The position numbers and the translations under genes were made by a program. The notes under the pieces were generated by a model that saw nothing but the letters and a program-made list of their open reading frames with translations, did not search any database and was not told where the DNA came from. From Bacillota bacterium (GTDB lineage Bacteria > Bacillota > Desulfitobacteriia > Desulfitobacteriales > JAJXUE01), in contig JAJZPO010000003.1 of the NCBI GenBank assembly GCA_021811155.1, positions 5,697-69,696 on the forward strand: a DNA stretch of 64,000 nucleotides, read 5' to 3'. This document shows positions 61,771 to 64,000 of the stretch, one piece after another (positions within the stretch are counted from its first letter, which is position 1; every line of letters starts with the position of its first letter).

Positions 61771-62663
61771 CCTACGCCTCCCTGCAGGTTCCGTTGCATA
61801 TCCCGGTGCTTGATGCTGACCTGATAGTTATCTGCTTTCAGGATGCTGCCTATTTCCTTGGCGACCAACACCGAGCGGTGCTGACCGCCGGTGCAGCCGA
61901 TGCCAATCACCAGATGGGCTTTGCCCTCTTCAATGTACTTGGGGAGAATGTATTTTAGAAGTTCTCCATAGCTGGTTAAAAAGTTTTGCAGCAATTCCTT
62001 GTCTGTATAAAACAAAAACTCTCTGATTTTGGGGTCCTCCCCCGTCAGGCCGCGCAGTTCGCTGATGTAATAAGGGTTGGGCAGGAAGCGGACATCCATC
62101 ATCAGGTCGGCATCCATCGGGATGCCGTATTTAAACCCAAAGGAAATAACCGAAATCCTGATACGCTCACTGATTTTCTGCTGGCCGTATGCTTCCGCCA
62201 CTTGTTCACGCAGCTGGCGGGAGCTTAAGGATGTCGTGTCGATAATCTTATGGGCCTGTCCTCTCAGCTCCGCCAGAAGAGCCCGCTCCCGGGCAATGCC
62301 TTCAGTGATCTGGCCCTGGGCAGAGAGGGGGTGGCGCCGCCGGGATTCCTTGTAGCGGCGAACCAGGGTTTCATCAGCGGCCTCCAAAAAGAGAATCTCG
62401 TATTTAAACCCGATTTCTTTCAGGCGGCGCAGGATTTGCAGCAGCGGGGCAAAAAACTCTCCGCCCCTCAGGTCGCACACCAGGGCAATCTTGCTGATGG
62501 CCCCTCCCGATTGGACACACAGCTCGGCAAATTTCTCGATCAGGGCCGGGGGCAAATTGTCCACGGTAAAATAGCCCTGGTCCTCCAGGCTCTGCATAGC
62601 CACTGTTCTGCCCGCCCCGGACATCCCGGTAATAATCACCAACTGAAGGTCCTCGGTAGTCAT
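61767..62663 (-). CDS. rapZ: RNase adapter protein RapZ (YvcJ)
   Basis: ATG at 62663 after GGAGGA. ITGMSGAGRTVAMQSLEDQGYFTVDNLP ... GCTGGQHRSV. Confidence 0.9.
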   Translation of the reverse strand: MTTEDLQLVIITGMSGAGRTVAMQSLEDQGYFTVDNLPPALIEKFAELCVQSGGAISKIALVCDLRGGEFFAPLLQILRRLKEIGFKYEILFLEAADETLVRRYKESRRRHPLSAQGQITEGIARERALLAELRGQAHKIIDTTSLSSRQLREQVAEAYGQQKISERIRISVISFGFKYGIPMDADLMMDVRFLPNPYYISELRGLTGEDPKIREFLFYTDKELLQNFLTSYGELLKYILPKYIEEGKAHLVIGIGCTGGQHRSVLVAKEIGSILKADNYQVSIKHRDMQRNLQGGVG

Positions 62664-62734
62664 TATTTCCTCCAAGCGTCTTTGTCTTGCTTACGGGCTG
62701 GATTACTGGTCTGAATTCAGCCATAGATGCGCTT

Positions 62735-62860
62735 CTTTTCGGTCGGAATACAGAACTCAGAATAAAGTGGGCTGTAGGAATGAAAGACCGGGGTTGTGAC
62801 TTGACTTATTCTGAATTCCGACCTGGGTGCAAGACCTCTGGGACGAATTCCGACCCGATA
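62735..62860. repeat. intergenic repeat, family A (PHP-rapZ spacer)
   Basis: Hairpin 62741-62823: GGTCGGAAT + 7-nt bulge + TCAGAATAA ... TTATTCTGA + ATTCCGACC. Closely related to 35207-35289. A trailing GACGAATTCCGACCC word follows. Confidence 0.8.
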
Positions 62861-62885
62861 AAGAAACCAAAAGCCCTATCTATAT

Positions 62886-63647
62886 TTACTTCTCCCACGG
62901 AAGTCCTTTTCCTCCTGCGGCGGTATTTATCACCTGCTCAGGGGGGATTTGGGCCTGCTGCAGCAGGCGCGAACCGTAATCCAGCCTGCCCACGCTCTCC
63001 ACAAAGTGGGCGTCACTGTCCACAATAAACTCTACGCCCTGGCGCTTGGCCTCGAGCACATCCTCCAGGGGCGGAAAGCTGTGGCCGCAGTTGATTTCGT
63101 AATAAACATTGTTGCGCGCGCAGGCGCCGGCAACCTCAGCAACATCGATCGGCATGCCCAGGCCTGGATGGCTGATGATATTCACAGGGTTTTTTTCCAT
63201 GGCCAGAATCAGGGTCTTGGTATTGCTGTTGCTGACCTTGCGGCGCGCTCCCCGTGAAATCCTGGCCGCCTGGTTGCGCCCGTTGAGGGCCCATAAATCA
63301 GCCAGACGGTTGGGGCGGGCGAAGGGGTGCAGGCCGACTATAAGCACGTCCAGCTCCTGGTATATCTCCCGCGGCACATCAATTTCTCCGTTCAGCCCTG
63401 TGATATCTGCTTCACAGCCGCAAAAAATATTGATATCTGAATATTCGTCATTAAGCCTGGCTAATTCTTTTTTTATGTCAAGAAAAGTTGCAGCTTTTTC
63501 AACGCCCGTTCCCACATTATTTGGGCCATGGTCGGTTATAGCAACGGAACGCAAGCCTTTCAGCCTGGCTGAATTGACCATTTCTGAGACTGTGGCCCGC
63601 CCGTCGCTGTATTTGGAGTGCATGTGGTAATCGCCGCTGAACTCCAC
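62886..63647 (-). CDS. PHP-domain phosphoesterase
   Basis: 253 aa. DYHMHSKYSDG ... ITDHGP ... ISHPG ... DSDAH metal-binding motifs. Confidence 0.8.
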   Translation of the reverse strand: MEFSGDYHMHSKYSDGRATVSEMVNSARLKGLRSVAITDHGPNNVGTGVEKAATFLDIKKELARLNDEYSDINIFCGCEADITGLNGEIDVPREIYQELDVLIVGLHPFARPNRLADLWALNGRNQAARISRGARRKVSNSNTKTLILAMEKNPVNIISHPGLGMPIDVAEVAGACARNNVYYEINCGHSFPPLEDVLEAKRQGVEFIVDSDAHFVESVGRLDYGSRLLQQAQIPPEQVINTAAGGKGLPWEK

Positions 63648-63922
63648 TCATTCCACCTCGTTGCAAAATTTTGCTAAGCTTAGTATGTCCACTTGCAGGC
63701 AGAAATCAAGGGTCAGACTTGCATGCCACTCGAGGCACCACTGATAAGATACAGTGCCCGTGACCTGCGTTTTCCTGTCAAGGGACGGGAACATTGACAC
63801 AAAACACGGCCTTAGGGTAACGGTATTGGAGTCACAATCGTCATCTCGACACGATTCGCTAGGACGGTGAGAACCGTCCCCGTTGTCCTAGTCTCGATTT
63901 CGCACTTCGAACCTCGATTTCA

Positions 63923-64000
63923 GGGTTGTTTCAGCCCCAAGGCCGGGTAGGCTTTGTTCTGGGCGTTTTGGGCGGCTGTGGCCGGGTCCGTGTTTGCCAG
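63923..64000 (-). CDS. C-terminal end of an unidentified gene that starts beyond the window
   Basis: My own translation of the minus strand from 64000: LANTDPATAAQNAQNKAYPALGLKQP-stop (TGA at 63925-63923). Too short to identify. Confidence 0.3.

Overview
This is a 64 kb window from a GC-rich, spore-forming Bacillota (Clostridia-type) chromosome; that assignment is inferred from gene content (SASP, whiA, sigma-54, glycolytic operon). There are two compositional compartments.

(i) 1 to about 23.5 kb is visibly AT-rich accessory DNA that abuts the 3' CCA end of the tmRNA gene ssrA (23502-23851, minus). It contains:
- a prophage-like remnant: a DUF2800-type nuclease running off the window start and a divergent Cro/cI-like HTH pair;
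- an orphan two-gene cassette: a SecB-like-domain fusion protein plus a PD-(D/E)xK nuclease-like protein (5157-7111);
- a decayed tyrosine integrase (7349-8238);
- a tightly coupled six-gene BREX-like operon with no methyltransferase and the type 4 gene set (8659-20649): HARE-HTH protein, PAPS-reductase/4Fe-4S BrxP, BrxC, PglZ, BrxL, small Cys4 protein;
- a structurally complete group II intron (20784-23343) whose RT/maturase/HNH ORF is broken by a 1-nt frameshift in an A8 run.

(ii) 23.9-64 kb is core DNA, with all genes on the minus strand: smpB, an alpha/beta SASP, hppA, secG, eno-gpmI-tpiA-pgk-gap, glpK, an ABC-2 transporter, a starch/maltodextrin locus (GH31, GH15, MalEFG-like, GH13, LacI, PucR-type, MsmX-like), pfkA, a ROK glucokinase plus ROK regulator, an AT-rich S1-domain gene, rpoN, whiA-yvcK-rapZ and a PHP phosphatase. 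Several core intergenic spacers carry families of hairpin-forming word repeats.

I saw no rRNA genes, tRNA genes or CRISPR array. The two most interesting candidates are the BREX-like operon and the SecB-like/nuclease pair. All family assignments rest on motifs read by eye and recalled family signatures; no database search was possible.
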